IMG/VR virus record: IMGVR_UViG_2541047172_000022
Source: a virus
Lineage: Duplodnaviria; Heunggongvirae; Uroviricota; Caudoviricetes
Strand: one strand, 5' to 3'
Length of the DNA: 6,181 bases
This document shows positions 6,098-6,181 of the stretch, in pieces (the stretch's first letter is position 1; every line of letters starts with the position of its first letter). The translations under genes were made by a program, and so were the position numbers. The notes under the pieces were generated by a model. The model was not told the DNA's origin, made no database searches, and worked only from the letters and a program-made list of their open reading frames with translations.

Positions 6098-6181
6098 TCA
6101 GTACAGCTTATCCAGCCATCCAGAGTTATCGGAGATCTGGTTGACGTTTCCGAGATTTCCCGAAAATTGTTGGTTGACGAA
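6098..6181 (-). CDS. 3' end of a prophage gene running off the window (C-terminal 27 aa ...FVNQQFSGNLGNVNQISDNSGWLDKLY, stop at 6098..6100)
   Basis: Open frame from the window edge, hand-translated, ending in TGA 4 nt upstream of the next ATG. Identity unknown. Confidence 0.45.
   Translation of the reverse strand, partial: FVNQQFSGNLGNVNQISDNSGWLDKLY

Noticed and set aside
1-6181. CRISPR array, tRNA, rRNA, integrase or transposase
   Set aside because: No regularly spaced direct repeats, no cloverleaf-like segment that I could identify, and no ORF with recombinase motifs.

Overview
The window looks like part of a lambdoid (lambda-like) prophage from an enterobacterium, interrupted by a foreign AT-rich island of about 4 kb. 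The flanks (31..1471 and about 5820..6181) carry minus-strand phage genes with roughly balanced G+C and tight stop/start overlaps: a partial upstream gene, a 63-aa ORF, a possible 27-aa hydrophobic ORF, a DUF1367-like protein, a YbcO-like DUF1364 zinc-binding protein and a 184-aa protein of unknown function. The island (about 1640..5700, G+C judged by eye, not computed) holds three genes. On the plus strand a strong sigma70-like promoter with an embedded 14-bp perfect palindrome drives a two-gene operon: a 463-aa ATPase with all four Bergerat/GHKL motifs (MORC/MutL-like) and a translationally coupled 330-aa protein with no motif I can recognise. Converging on it, with 33 bp of 3' overlap, is a 383-aa cytosine-C5 DNA methyltransferase with its own extended -10 promoter. 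I interpret the island as a candidate restriction-modification-like or ATPase-dependent anti-phage defence module carried as a prophage moron; that function is inference. No tRNA, rRNA, CRISPR array, integrase or transposase was seen. All family assignments are from reading motifs by eye, with no database search.
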